DNA from: Mesotaenium endlicherianum
Lineage: Eukaryota
Length of the DNA: 64,000 bases
Reading direction: 5' to 3'
Assembly: GCA_009602735.1 (NCBI GenBank)
Contig: WELA01003621.1
Coordinates: forward strand, 62,001-126,000
The notes beneath the pieces were generated by a model that ran no database searches, was not told the DNA's origin, and saw only the letters and a program-made list of their open reading frames with translations. The position numbers and the translations under genes are program-made. Shown one piece after another: positions 1 through 9,858 of this stretch (the stretch's first letter is position 1; the number at the start of each line of letters is the position of its first letter).

Positions 1-141
1 GTGAATGCCTTCTATTTCCGATGGTGAAGTATTCAGACTTTCAATATTGATCTTCCTCCTGGAGAACATGATCGCAATACGGCTTACCAAACCGATGCGG
101 TTCTCCGTGTATACTGTTATGGTGAATTCCTGTTTGTTCAT
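1..141 (-). CDS. ilvN: Acetolactate synthase small (regulatory, ACT) subunit, 5' part; runs off the window
   Basis: Not in the ORF track. Reverse strand from ATG at 141 reads MNKQEFTITVYTENRIGLVSRIAIMFSRRKINIESLNTSPSEIEGIH, the IlvN ACT-domain pattern (EN..G..SRI..FSRR.INIESL). Starts 5 nt after the ilvB stop. Confidence 0.92.
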   Translation of the reverse strand, partial: MNKQEFTITVYTENRIGLVSRIAIMFSRRKINIESLNTSPSEIEGIH

Positions 142-146
142 GTTGC

Positions 147-1889
147 TTATTTTAAACGTATTTCACTTACACTGCATCCCTGCGGAACCATGGGGAATAC
201 ATTGTTCTCCTTTCCTACCATTACTTCCAACAGATAAGAGCCCTGGTGGTTCAGCATGGTGGCCAGTGCCTCGCGCAGGTTTTGCCTGTCTGTTACTTTT
301 TGTCCAGCTATGCCATATCCTTTGGCTACTGTCACATAATCAGGACTCGCAATGTCAACAAAGGAATAGCGTTTATCGTGGAAGAGCTGCTGCCATTGTC
401 TTACCATGCCCAGGAACTCATTATTCAGGATCAGTATTTTTACATCGAGCTCTGTTTGCATGATGGTGCCCAGTTCCTGTATGGTCATTTGAACACCTCC
501 ATCGCCAATGATCGCTACTACAGTTCGATCCAGTGCACCGAATTTGGCGCCGATGGCTGCCGGCAGGGCAAAGCCCATCGTGCCCAATCCACCGGAAGTG
601 ATATTACTTCTTGTCTGGTTGAATTTTGCATAACGGCAACCCACCATCTGGTGCTGGCCCACATCTGTTACAATGATGGCGTCTCCCTGGGTAAGCTCGT
701 TCAAATGTTTCATCACTTCACCCATCGTCATCTCTCCCGAACCCGGATTCAATTCATGATCGATTACTTCTTTATTCTCTTCCTGCTGGTAATTTTTGAA
801 TCTTTCCAACCACTGTGTATGTTTTTTTGCTTCCACGAGTTTGGTCAGCATAGGCAACGTCTCTTTACAATCGCCCCATACACCTACAGTAGCTTTTACA
901 TTCTTATCTATCTCGGCGGGGTCAATATCCAGGTGGATCACTTTCGCCTGCTTGGCATATTTATCGAGCCTGCCGGTAACACGGTCATCGAAGCGCATGC
1001 CTATGGCGATCAACACATCGCAATCATTGGTAAGTACATTCGGACCATAATTGCCATGCATGCCCAGCATGCCAACATTTAATGGATGGTCAGTAGGCAA
1101 TGCACTCAATCCGAGAATGGTCCATGCGGCAGGAATACCTGACTTCTCAATGAAAGCCCTGAATTCATCTTCTGCGTTACCCAATATCACACCCTGACCA
1201 AACAGTACAAAGGGTTTCTCTGCTGCATTGATCAGCTTGGCCGCTTCTTCAACATATTCTTTCCGCACAATGGGCTTGGGCCGGTAACTGCGGATATGAT
1301 CGCATTTTTCATATCCTGCATATTCAAATTTTTGCAACTGCGCATTCTTGGTGATATCAATCAGCACGGGTCCGGGTCTTCCGCTCCTGGCAATGTAAAA
1401 GGCTTTCGCTAACACAGTAGGCAATTCCGTTGCATCTGTTACCTGGTAATTCCATTTGGTAACTGGTGTGGTGATATTGATCACATCTGTTTCCTGGAAA
1501 GCATCGGTACCCAGCAAGTGTGCAAACACCTGTCCGGTTATACATACCAGCGGCGTACTGTCGATCTGTGCATCGGCCAGTCCTGTTACCAGGTTGGTAG
1601 CGCCTGGTCCGCTTGTTGCGAACACCACGCCCACTTTCCCGGAAGAGCGTGCATAGCCTTGTCCTGCATGTATACCGCCCTGCTCGTGTCTTACCAGTAT
1701 ATGTTTCAGTTTATCGTGATAATCGTATAAGGCATCATAGATAGGCATGATGGCTCCGCCTGGATAACCGAAAATGGTATCCACGCCTTCGGCGATCAAT
1801 GCTTCAAGCACTGCCTGTGAACCGGAAAGCGTTACCGCTTTTTTAGCGGGTGTTGCTTTCTCTGCTGTGATGGTATCTATTGCTTCCAT
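147..1889 (-). CDS. ilvB: Acetolactate synthase large subunit
   Basis: Motifs IFGYPGGA, RHEQG and TSGPGATN, plus the ThDP-binding GDGG...N motif. Confidence 0.97.
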   Translation of the reverse strand: MEAIDTITAEKATPAKKAVTLSGSQAVLEALIAEGVDTIFGYPGGAIMPIYDALYDYHDKLKHILVRHEQGGIHAGQGYARSSGKVGVVFATSGPGATNLVTGLADAQIDSTPLVCITGQVFAHLLGTDAFQETDVINITTPVTKWNYQVTDATELPTVLAKAFYIARSGRPGPVLIDITKNAQLQKFEYAGYEKCDHIRSYRPKPIVRKEYVEEAAKLINAAEKPFVLFGQGVILGNAEDEFRAFIEKSGIPAAWTILGLSALPTDHPLNVGMLGMHGNYGPNVLTNDCDVLIAIGMRFDDRVTGRLDKYAKQAKVIHLDIDPAEIDKNVKATVGVWGDCKETLPMLTKLVEAKKHTQWLERFKNYQQEENKEVIDHELNPGSGEMTMGEVMKHLNELTQGDAIIVTDVGQHQMVGCRYAKFNQTRSNITSGGLGTMGFALPAAIGAKFGALDRTVVAIIGDGGVQMTIQELGTIMQTELDVKILILNNEFLGMVRQWQQLFHDKRYSFVDIASPDYVTVAKGYGIAGQKVTDRQNLREALATMLNHQGSYLLEVMVGKENNVFPMVPQGCSVSEIRLK

Positions 1890-1913
1890 TCCTTTATTAT
1901 TAGGGGTTGATGG

Positions 1914-3593
1914 TTATGCTTCGTCTGTTACGCAGCCTTCTGAGGCATCTTTCACACACTGGGCATATTTGAATAATATTCCTTTCTCTGCTTTGAGCGA
2001 TGGACGTTTCCACGCTGCTCTTCTTTTGGCTATCACATCCTCCGGTACTTTCAGGGTCATGGACCGGGTAGCTACATTCAGTTCAATGATATCGTCATCT
2101 TCTACCATGGCTATCAATCCCCCGTTGTACGCTTCGGGTGTGATGTGTCCGACGACAAATCCATGTGTGCCACCGCTGAATCGTCCATCTGTAATCAACG
2201 CCACACTCTTACCCAATCCTGCACCAATGATGGCAGATGTAGGCTTCAGCATTTCCGGCATACCGGGTCCACCCTTAGGGCCTACATAACGGATCACTAC
2301 TACATCACCGTGTTTTATTTTTCCGCTGTTGATGCCATTGATCAGCTCATGCTCTCCATCGAATACACGGGCCGGCCCTTCGAAACGCTCCCCTTCCTTA
2401 CCGCTGATCTTTGCAACACTACCGCCTTCTGCGAGGTTACCGTATAATATTTGCAAATGCCCTGTTGCTTTGATGGGATGCTCCAGCGGGAATATGATCT
2501 TCTGTTTTTCAAAATCGATCTCGGGTACATCGGCCAGGTTTTCGGCTAATGTTTTTCCGGTAACTGTTAAACAATCTCCATGCAGCAATCCTTTGTTCAA
2601 CAAATATTTCATTACAGCAGGTGTTCCTCCATGTTCATACAGATCCTGCATGAGGTATTTACCACTGGGCTTGAAATCGGCCAGAACCGGTATCCTGTCG
2701 CTGATGGCCTGGAAATCATCCTGTGTTAACGCTACATTTACACTCTTGGCCATCGCTATCAGGTGCAATACGGCGTTGGTGCTGCCGCCCAATACCATGA
2801 TTACGATCATCGCATTCTCAAATGCTTTACGCGTCATGATATCTCTTGGTTTGATATCTTTTTCCATCAGGTGACGGATCGCTTTTCCTGCCGCCAGGCA
2901 TTCCTGTTTTTTCTCTTCGCTCAATGCGGGGTTGGAAGAAGAATAAGGCAGGCTCATACCCAATGCCTCAATAGCGGCAGCCATGGTATTTGCTGTGTAC
3001 ATACCGCCACAGGCGCCTGCACCCGGACATGAATGCTGAACGATGCCTTTGAAATCAGCCTCATCCAATTGTCCTGCTATTTTTTGTCCCAATGCTTCAA
3101 AAGCAGAAACGATGTTCAGGTCCTGTCCTTTGTAATGACCGGGCGCGATGGTTCCTCCGTACACCATGATGGCCGGCCGGTTCAATCTGCCCATAGCGAT
3201 GATGGACCCTGGCATATTCTTATCACATCCTGGCAATGCGATCACCGAATCATAATACTGCGCGCCGCATACCGCCTCGATGGAGTCGGCAATGATATCG
3301 CGACTCACCAGGGAATAACGCATGCCGTCGGTTCCATTACTGATACCATCGCTCACGCCAATGGTATTGAATATCAATCCTACCAGTTCGCTGTCCCACA
3401 CACTTTGTTTAACCAGCTTGGCCAGGTCGTTCAGGTGCATGTTACAGGTATTGCCGTCATAACCCATGCTCACAACGCCTACCTGTGCTTTTTTCAGGTC
3501 TTCTTCTGTGAGGCCAATACCATACAGCATGGCTTGCGCCGCCGGCTGTGTTACATCCTGTGTAATTGTCTTTGAATATCTATTTAACATCAT
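1914..3593 (-). CDS. ilvD: Dihydroxy-acid dehydratase
   Basis: Motifs [23 protein letters not shown] and TDGRFSGG. Start moved to ATG 3593 (or 3590) because the track's extension to 3647 only reads through a palindrome. Confidence 0.96.
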   Translation of the reverse strand: MMLNRYSKTITQDVTQPAAQAMLYGIGLTEEDLKKAQVGVVSMGYDGNTCNMHLNDLAKLVKQSVWDSELVGLIFNTIGVSDGISNGTDGMRYSLVSRDIIADSIEAVCGAQYYDSVIALPGCDKNMPGSIIAMGRLNRPAIMVYGGTIAPGHYKGQDLNIVSAFEALGQKIAGQLDEADFKGIVQHSCPGAGACGGMYTANTMAAAIEALGMSLPYSSSNPALSEEKKQECLAAGKAIRHLMEKDIKPRDIMTRKAFENAMIVIMVLGGSTNAVLHLIAMAKSVNVALTQDDFQAISDRIPVLADFKPSGKYLMQDLYEHGGTPAVMKYLLNKGLLHGDCLTVTGKTLAENLADVPEIDFEKQKIIFPLEHPIKATGHLQILYGNLAEGGSVAKISGKEGERFEGPARVFDGEHELINGINSGKIKHGDVVVIRYVGPKGGPGMPEMLKPTSAIIGAGLGKSVALITDGRFSGGTHGFVVGHITPEAYNGGLIAMVEDDDIIELNVATRSMTLKVPEDVIAKRRAAWKRPSLKAEKGILFKYAQCVKDASEGCVTDEA

Positions 3594-3605
3594 AATCTTT
3601 TTTTT

Positions 3606-3647
3606 TTGCCTTTTTGCCCCGGGCTTAAGCCCGGGGCAAAAAGGCAA
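3606..3647. repeat. 42 bp perfect palindrome (REP-like)
   Basis: ttgcctttttgccccgggctt|aagcccggggcaaaaaggcaa is its own reverse complement; both strands translate to the same [14 protein letters not shown] in the ORF track. Confidence 0.9.
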
Positions 3648-3652
3648 GGAAT

Positions 3653-3683
3653 AAAAAAACCCCGCATTTTGAGGCGGGGCTTT
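3653..3683 (-). terminator. Intrinsic terminator of the putative ilv attenuator
   Basis: Minus strand reads AAAGCCCCGC-CUCAAAAU-GCGGGG-UUUUUUU, between the leader peptide stop and ilvD. Confidence 0.85.
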
Positions 3684-3704
3684 ATATTTTCAATGTTTTC
3701 TTTT

Positions 3705-3806
3705 TTATATAAGAGCTCCTCCTCCGTTCAGTGCAGGTACAATAATGACAACCACAATAATAATTGTGTTGATGATGCTGACATTATGGTTGATGCCTTT
3801 GAACAT
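3705..3806 (-). CDS. Ile/Val-rich attenuator leader peptide, 33 aa (ilvL-like)
   Basis: Translates to MFKGINHNVSIINTIIIVVVIIVPALNGGGALI*: 9 Ile and 5 Val, including nine consecutive Ile/Val codons. Followed by a terminator and the ilvD-ilvB-ilvN genes. Confidence 0.85.
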   Translation of the reverse strand: MFKGINHNVSIINTIIIVVVIIVPALNGGGALI

Positions 3807-3819
3807 AGAGGACTCGTCG

Positions 3820-3839
3820 CCCCGGACTTAAGTCCGGGG
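3820..3839. repeat. 20 bp perfect palindrome, same family as 3606-3647
   Basis: ccccggacttaagtccgggg differs from the core of the 3606 copy (ccccgggcttaagcccgggg) by one compensatory pair change. Confidence 0.85.
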
Positions 3840-3842
3840 TTA

Positions 3843-3873
3843 TAAAAATACTCCCGCCTGTTGAAAAAACAAA
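3843..3873 (-). promoter_or_regulatory. Putative Bacteroidota sigma70 promoter for the ilv leader
   Basis: Minus strand TTTG-N19-TATTTTTA, close to the TTTG...TAnnTTTG consensus. Confidence 0.5.
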
Positions 3874-3918
3874 GAACTTTTAAAAAAATTGTGCAATCGT
3901 TCTATAACGATCGTTCGT

Positions 3919-5034
3919 TTATATAATGGTTGAGCGATTCAGCGAGGCATTGTTGCTGCGCCTGTTCGCATCTGCATTCCTTTCTATGTGTTCCGTGATC
4001 AGGTCACCGATAGCCGTAGTGGTGTAATTGTTTACCGGATCAATGTCTTTCGATACAAATCCATTCGCCAGGGTCCAATCAACGGCTTCTCTTACAGCAG
4101 CAGCCTCTTCCGCCAGTTGGAAATGATCCAGTAGCATGGCCGCAGAAAGAATAGAGCCCAAAGGATTGGCAATGTCTTTTCCTGCAGCCTGCGGATAAGA
4201 ACCATGTATTGGTTCAAACAGCGCCACGGTATTGCCTACCGATGCCGATGGCAGCAATCCCAGCGAACCACTCAATACACTCGCTTCATCACTGATGATA
4301 TCGCCAAACATATTCTCGGTGAGTACCACATCGAATTGTGCGGGATTCAGGATGATCTGCATAGCAGCATTGTCTACGAACATATAATCTACTGCTACGT
4401 CTGTATACGCTTTGGCGATCTCTTGCACCACTTTACGCCACAAGCGTGATGTCTCCAGCACATTCGCCTTGTCCACCAGTGTCAATTTTTTCTTTCTTCC
4501 CTGTGCATACTTAAACGCCAGGTGTGATACCCTTTCTATTTCTGCCTTTGTATAAGTGCATTCATCAACCGCGGCCGATTGGTCTTCACTCAATTCTTTT
4601 TTACCAAAATATATGCCACCGGTGAGTTCACGGAATACAATAAAATCAACCCCTTCCATTTGCTTGGCTTTCAGGGGCGATAAATGTTGCAACGCACGAT
4701 AAGTCGTAACCGGACGGATATTGGCATACAATTGCAGCGCCTTTCTCAGCTTCAGCAAACCCTGTTCTGGCCTCACTTTTGCAGTAGGATCATTATCATA
4801 TTTAGGGTGACCGATGGCGCCAAAAAGGATGGCATCGCTTTTCAAACAGGTATCAATAGTTTCATCGGGCAAAGGGTTGCCGGTTTTGTCGATCGCATCG
4901 GCGCCCATGATGCCATAACTGTATTCAAAAGAATGACCGAAGCGATCCGCGATCGCATTCAGCACTTTAATGGACTGCTGCGTTACTTCCGGGCCGATCC
5001 CATCTCCCAATATAACGGCTATCTTCTTTTCCAT
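3919..5034 (-). CDS. leuB: 3-isopropylmalate dehydrogenase
   Basis: Motifs GDGIGPEV, RELTGGIYFG, VDKANVL, NMFGDIISDE and EPIHGS. Confidence 0.97.
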   Translation of the reverse strand: MEKKIAVILGDGIGPEVTQQSIKVLNAIADRFGHSFEYSYGIMGADAIDKTGNPLPDETIDTCLKSDAILFGAIGHPKYDNDPTAKVRPEQGLLKLRKALQLYANIRPVTTYRALQHLSPLKAKQMEGVDFIVFRELTGGIYFGKKELSEDQSAAVDECTYTKAEIERVSHLAFKYAQGRKKKLTLVDKANVLETSRLWRKVVQEIAKAYTDVAVDYMFVDNAAMQIILNPAQFDVVLTENMFGDIISDEASVLSGSLGLLPSASVGNTVALFEPIHGSYPQAAGKDIANPLGSILSAAMLLDHFQLAEEAAAVREAVDWTLANGFVSKDIDPVNNYTTTAIGDLITEHIERNADANRRSNNASLNRSTII

Positions 5035-5065
5035 ACTGTATAATTATTTGGTTGTTAGTTTTAGT

Positions 5066-6511
5066 TTACGCTGCGATTTTTCCCGATTCCAATAATAATG
5101 TCCTGGTTACACATGAAGGCACTTCTTCATTGTAATGGCTTACATAGATCAATGTCTTCTTCAATACTGTACAGATATCATTGACCATCTCAACAAATGC
5201 TGCTGCCATCTGGGCATCGAGCCCCTGGCAGGGTTCATCCAGTATCAACAGCGGCGGGTTCTTCACCATGGCCCTCGCCAGCAATACCAGTCTTTGCTCT
5301 CCATTGGATAATTGCAACAACGGCCTGTTGGCAAAATCTGTTAGTTGCAATAATTCCATCCAGTGCAGGGTGATCTTTTTCTGTTGACCGGTGAGCTGCC
5401 TGAACAAACCGATTGTATCGAACAAACCGGATGCAACCACTTCAAAGCAGGTAGCGCCCGGCTCAAAATGCTGGTGTAACTCGGGTGATACATAACCGAT
5501 CTTCTGTTTGATATCCCAGATGCTTTCTCCACTGCCTTTCCTCCTGTCGAACAAATAGATCTCATTGGCAAATGCCTGCGGGTTATCGCCGTTCACCAGG
5601 CTCAGCAAGGTAGACTTACCTGCTCCATTGCCACCGGCTATGCGCCAGCATTCTCCACGCTTCACTTCCCAGTTAATATTGTGCAGTATCTTTTTATTGC
5701 CGTAGGTTACATTGGTGTTTACCATTTTAACGGCAGTAGCAAAATTGTCGTAACGATAAACTTCCGGTATACCCTGTTGAATAGGCAAAGCCTGCTTTGC
5801 AACAGTAGCTGTTACCGGTTTATGCAGATCAAATGCCTGATGTGTTATCCTGGGTTGCAGGTAACCTTTTTCCAGCACAGCCACATGGGTTACTGCAGGC
5901 GGTATTTCCGATTCGGTAGTAACCAGCAGTATGCCAATTCCTTTTGCAGCCAACTGTTCCATGATCATACTGAGCGAATGCCTGGAAGCCGTATCGAGTC
6001 CGGTATACGGATTGTCAAACAGCAGCCAATCGGCCTGCCGAAGCAAAGCTTTCGCCAGTTGTAATTTTTTTTGTTCACCGTTCGACAATTGTATCAAACG
6101 GGTGTATCGCACGTGGGTAATACCCAACCACGATAATGTATCGGCAATGGCCTGATCATCCGTAGTCATCTGATGCAGCACATCATTCAACAATACCGTA
6201 TCTTCTGCATCGGATGAATTGAACCGTTGTTGGTAGTAAAAAGATGAAACGTTCGAGCGGTTCTTGAATTTGTGTTGTTGGGTAATAGCCACAACACGGG
6301 GCTCACCATTGTGGCGGGCCGTGAACGATATATCGCCACGATTAAAACAATGCCCCGAAAGCGCTTTGATCAATGTAGATTTTCCGCTACCCGATTTACC
6401 CACTACTGCCAGCACTTCTCCTTCATGTACAGCAAAAGAAACATCTTTCAGTATGGTTTTACCCGACAACTGAACCGTCAGATGTTCTACCTGTAATGAA
6501 GTTGTTTTCAT
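5066..6511 (-). CDS. Stand-alone double-domain ABC ATPase (ModF-like)
   Basis: Two NBDs: GKSGSGKST / LSNGE / LLFDNP and GGNGAGKST / LSNGE / LILDEP. Also has the ModF-like [19 protein letters not shown] motif and no TM segments. Start overlaps the leuD stop (ATGA). Confidence 0.85.
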   Translation of the reverse strand: MKTTSLQVEHLTVQLSGKTILKDVSFAVHEGEVLAVVGKSGSGKSTLIKALSGHCFNRGDISFTARHNGEPRVVAITQQHKFKNRSNVSSFYYQQRFNSSDAEDTVLLNDVLHQMTTDDQAIADTLSWLGITHVRYTRLIQLSNGEQKKLQLAKALLRQADWLLFDNPYTGLDTASRHSLSMIMEQLAAKGIGILLVTTESEIPPAVTHVAVLEKGYLQPRITHQAFDLHKPVTATVAKQALPIQQGIPEVYRYDNFATAVKMVNTNVTYGNKKILHNINWEVKRGECWRIAGGNGAGKSTLLSLVNGDNPQAFANEIYLFDRRKGSGESIWDIKQKIGYVSPELHQHFEPGATCFEVVASGLFDTIGLFRQLTGQQKKITLHWMELLQLTDFANRPLLQLSNGEQRLVLLARAMVKNPPLLILDEPCQGLDAQMAAAFVEMVNDICTVLKKTLIYVSHYNEEVPSCVTRTLLLESGKIAA

Positions 6512-7089
6512 CGTTGCAATTCAAATGCTTCAATATCTTTTTTAATGCTCAGCAGAAAATCGATGTCATCGTATCCGTTGAGCAGGCATGTTTTCTTGTA
6601 TGCGTTGATCTCGAACTTTTCCTGTTCGCCCGTACCATCAATGGTAATGGTCTGCTGTTCGAGGTTAACCGTTACTGTAGCAGCTTCACCTTGTGCAAAT
6701 AATTTTTGCAGGAAGTTTTCGCTCACCGTCACCGGCAGCACGCCATTGTTCAATGCGTTATTCTTGAAGATGTCGGCAAAGAAGCTCGACACCACCACTT
6801 TAAATCCATAATCCTGGATGGCCCATGCCGCATGTTCGCGTGAAGAGCCGCATCCGAAATTTTTACCGGCTACCAGTATCTCGCCGCTGTATTTCGGCTG
6901 GTTGAGCACGAAATCTGCTTTGGGTTTTGCTTCATCATTGTTCTCATAACGCCAGTCGCGAAACAGGTTCTTTCCAAAACCATCCCTTGTAGTTGCTTTT
7001 AAAAAGCGGGCGGGAATGATCTGGTCTGTATCCACGTTTTCCATCTGCAACGGAACAAATCTGCTATGTATGGTACTTAATGCCTGCAT
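6508..7089 (-). CDS. leuD: 3-isopropylmalate dehydratase small subunit
   Basis: Motifs [14 protein letters not shown] and [11 protein letters not shown]. Confidence 0.97.
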   Translation of the reverse strand: MQALSTIHSRFVPLQMENVDTDQIIPARFLKATTRDGFGKNLFRDWRYENNDEAKPKADFVLNQPKYSGEILVAGKNFGCGSSREHAAWAIQDYGFKVVVSSFFADIFKNNALNNGVLPVTVSENFLQKLFAQGEAATVTVNLEQQTITIDGTGEQEKFEINAYKKTCLLNGYDDIDFLLSIKKDIEAFELQR

Positions 7090-7102
7090 GTCTTCTGTTT
7101 GA

Positions 7103-8476
7103 TTAGATTAACTCCCTAACATCTGTTACAACACCGGTGATGGCAGCAGCTGCCGCTGTAAGCGGACTCGCCAGCAACGTACGCGCGCCGGCGCCTTGTC
7201 TGCCTTCGAAATTCCGGTTACTGGTACTGATGCAATATTCACCGGCAGGTATCTTGTCTTCATTCATTCCCAAACAGGCGCTGCATCCTGCCTGCCTGAT
7301 CTCAAAACCTGCTTCTTCAAATATTTTATCGAGCCCTTCTGCCTTTACTTGTTTGGATACCTGCTGTGATCCGGGAACGATCATCACCTGCACTTTATCG
7401 CTCTTCCTTTTTCCCTTGATCAATGAAGCCACCATGCGCAGGTCTTCGATCCTGGAATTGGTACAACTGCCAATGAATACATGCTGTACAGGCATACCCA
7501 GCAAGGGCTTGCCGGCTTCCAATCCCATATATTGCAAAGCTTTTGCATTATCGCTGCCTGAAGGTATTTTACCATTCACGGCAATGCCTTGTCCGGGATT
7601 GGTACCATAAGTGATCATGGGTTCTATATCCGCTGCATTGATATGCAATTCTTCATCGAACACAGCATCTGCATCGCTGTACAATGTTTTCCATTCGGCC
7701 AGTTTCTTTTCCCAGGCTTCTCCCTGGGGTGCGAATTCGCGGCCTTTTATATAAGCGAAAGTAGTTTCATCGGGGGCGATCATACCGCCACGGGCGCCCA
7801 TTTCAATACTCATATTGCAAATGGTCATGCGGGCTTCCATGGAAAGTGAACGAATAGCAGAACCCGCATATTCAACAAAATAGCCGGTGCCACCGCTCGC
7901 AGAGATCAGTGCAATGATGTGCAGGATGATGTCTTTTGAAACAACGCCTTTATTCAGTTCGCCTTCAATATTGATGCGCATCAGCTTGGGCTTGCTCTGC
8001 ATCAGACATTGCGATGCGAATACCATTTCCACTTCACTGGTTCCTATACCAAAAGCAATAGCACCGAATGCACCATGCGTAGAAGTATGACTATCGCCAC
8101 ATACAATGGTCATGCCCGGCTGTGTAATACCCAGTTCAGGTCCTATTACGTGTACAATGCCCTGGTAAGGATGTCCGAGCCCATACAACTCCACGCCATG
8201 ATGCGCACAATTCTCTTTCAGTTGTTGTACCTGTAACCTCGACAGTTCATCTTTGATAGGCAAATGCTGGTTGATCGTAGGCACATTATGATCGGCAGTG
8301 GCCACTATCTGCTGCGGGCGGAAAAGCGAGATACCTCTTTTTTCGAGGCCTTTGAAAGCTTGCGGACTGGTCACTTCATGGATGAAATGTTTGTCGATAT
8401 ACAGCACGGAGGGACCACCTTCCACTTCCTTAACAATATGCTTTTCCCAAATCTTATCGAATAATGTTTTTGACAT
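7103..8476 (-). CDS. leuC: 3-isopropylmalate dehydratase large subunit
   Basis: Motifs [29 protein letters not shown] and [12 protein letters not shown]. Start set at [10 protein letters not shown]. Confidence 0.97.
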   Translation of the reverse strand: MSKTLFDKIWEKHIVKEVEGGPSVLYIDKHFIHEVTSPQAFKGLEKRGISLFRPQQIVATADHNVPTINQHLPIKDELSRLQVQQLKENCAHHGVELYGLGHPYQGIVHVIGPELGITQPGMTIVCGDSHTSTHGAFGAIAFGIGTSEVEMVFASQCLMQSKPKLMRINIEGELNKGVVSKDIILHIIALISASGGTGYFVEYAGSAIRSLSMEARMTICNMSIEMGARGGMIAPDETTFAYIKGREFAPQGEAWEKKLAEWKTLYSDADAVFDEELHINAADIEPMITYGTNPGQGIAVNGKIPSGSDNAKALQYMGLEAGKPLLGMPVQHVFIGSCTNSRIEDLRMVASLIKGKRKSDKVQVMIVPGSQQVSKQVKAEGLDKIFEEAGFEIRQAGCSACLGMNEDKIPAGEYCISTSNRNFEGRQGAGARTLLASPLTAAAAAITGVVTDVRELI

Positions 8477-8496
8477 GAGATTGATCTTGAATAAAG

Positions 8497-8520
8497 GCGT
8501 GGCATGAGAACATGCCACGC
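8497..8520. other. GC-rich hairpin between leuA and leuC
   Basis: gcgtggcatg-agaa-catgccacgc forms a 10 bp perfect stem, with only a weak U tract on the minus strand. Confidence 0.55.
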
Positions 8521-8552
8521 GAACTAACTAAAACTATACATATGAGAAAATC

Positions 8553-9719
8553 CTAAATTGTTGCCGGCGCAGCTTTATAAGTGCTGGCAAGTTGATGCAG
8601 GTCTTCTTCCTCCACTTCTTTTTTCCTGTCTGCTACCTGTAGAAATGACTGGTATAGTACATCTATATCATTCCGGTTATATTGGTATCCCAATTTTTGA
8701 AGTCGATGTGCCAGGGCACTGCGTCCGCTGCGGGCGGTCAGCACAATCTTGCTGCCATCGGCGCCCACTTCTTCTGGGTTGATGATTTCGTAGGTCTGTG
8801 CGTCTTTCAGGAAGCCATCCTGGTGAATGCCGGAAGAATGAGAGAATGCATTGGCACCCACAATGGCTTTATTGGGCTGAACCGGCATACGCATGATATC
8901 CGATACATCGTGACTCATGGGGTTCAGCAATTGTGACTGGATATTGGTATAATAACCCAGGTCTTTGTGTTGTTTGATCACCATTACTACTTCTTCAAGT
9001 GAAGTATTTCCGGCGCGTTCACCCAATCCGTTCACGGTACATTCTATCTGGCGGGCGCCATTGATTACACCTGAAATGGAATTGGCGGTGGCCAGTCCCA
9101 GGTCATTATGACAATGACAGGAAATAATGGCCCTATCGATATTGGAAACGTTATTTTTCAGAAAAGCGATCTTCTCGCCATATTGATGCGGCAGGCAATA
9201 CCCGGTGGTATCAGGAATATTCACCACGGTGGCGCCGGCTGCGATCACGGCTTCGATTACACGTGCCAGGTATTCATTATTGGTACGTCCGGCATCTTCG
9301 GCATAAAACTCCACATCATCGGTGAAATTCCTGGCCCATTTCACGGCCTGCACGGCTCTTTCCAGGATTTCTTCCCGGGTGGCATTGAATTTAGATTTGA
9401 TATGAAAATCCGAAGTACCAATACCCGTATGGATTCTTGGTCTTTTCGCATATTTAAGCGCCTGAGCGGCCACTTCAATATCTTTTTGCACGGCGCGGCT
9501 CAGTCCGCATACCGTTGCATTCGTAATCGCTTTGGCTATTTGTTCAACAGATTCAAAATCTCCCGGACTGGAGATGGGAAAGCCCGCTTCAAGGATGTCT
9601 ACACCCAACGACTCCAGCTTCAGTGCCAGCTCCAGCTTCTCTTTGGTATTGAGTTTGCAGCCGGGCACCTGTTCTCCGTCGCGGAGCGTAGTATCGAAAA
9701 TGTACACCTTTTCAGCCAT
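8553..9719 (-). CDS. leuA: 2-isopropylmalate synthase, short form (388 aa, no C-terminal regulatory domain)
   Basis: Motifs [24 protein letters not shown] and HSSGIHQDG. Protein ends soon after the catalytic subdomains. Confidence 0.93.
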   Translation of the reverse strand: MAEKVYIFDTTLRDGEQVPGCKLNTKEKLELALKLESLGVDILEAGFPISSPGDFESVEQIAKAITNATVCGLSRAVQKDIEVAAQALKYAKRPRIHTGIGTSDFHIKSKFNATREEILERAVQAVKWARNFTDDVEFYAEDAGRTNNEYLARVIEAVIAAGATVVNIPDTTGYCLPHQYGEKIAFLKNNVSNIDRAIISCHCHNDLGLATANSISGVINGARQIECTVNGLGERAGNTSLEEVVMVIKQHKDLGYYTNIQSQLLNPMSHDVSDIMRMPVQPNKAIVGANAFSHSSGIHQDGFLKDAQTYEIINPEEVGADGSKIVLTARSGRSALAHRLQKLGYQYNRNDIDVLYQSFLQVADRKKEVEEEDLHQLASTYKAAPATI

Positions 9720-9858
9720 GAATCTTTCTATTTTATTCGAATTTAGAGCGATATCACAGGCCGATAAGTTCAAAATTGGCGTTATTTTACATCCTGTAAA
9801 CAGTGCCCGGGGCCTTGTAACCCTTATTGGTATTGGATTTTAGTATAAATGAATTACG

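Noticed and set aside
5..463. 152 aa + strand ORF, and the many other overlapping antisense ORFs in the track (e.g. 33124-34023, 40527-41345)
   Set aside because: These are shadow frames of well-supported genes on the opposite strand and show no recognisable motifs.
3594..3647. N-terminal extension of IlvD ([14 protein letters not shown]...) and the mirror ORF 3606-3845 on the + strand
   Set aside because: Both arise from reading through the perfect palindrome. The + strand Asn/Asp-rich frame is the antisense of the Ile/Val leader.
5066..6511. Molybdate transport system
   Set aside because: Only the ModF-like ATPase is present; no modA, modB or modC in the window.
9720..9858. Leu-rich leader peptide for the leu operon
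   Set aside because: The minus strand has only an ATG-TAA mini frame, no Leu codon run and no terminator.
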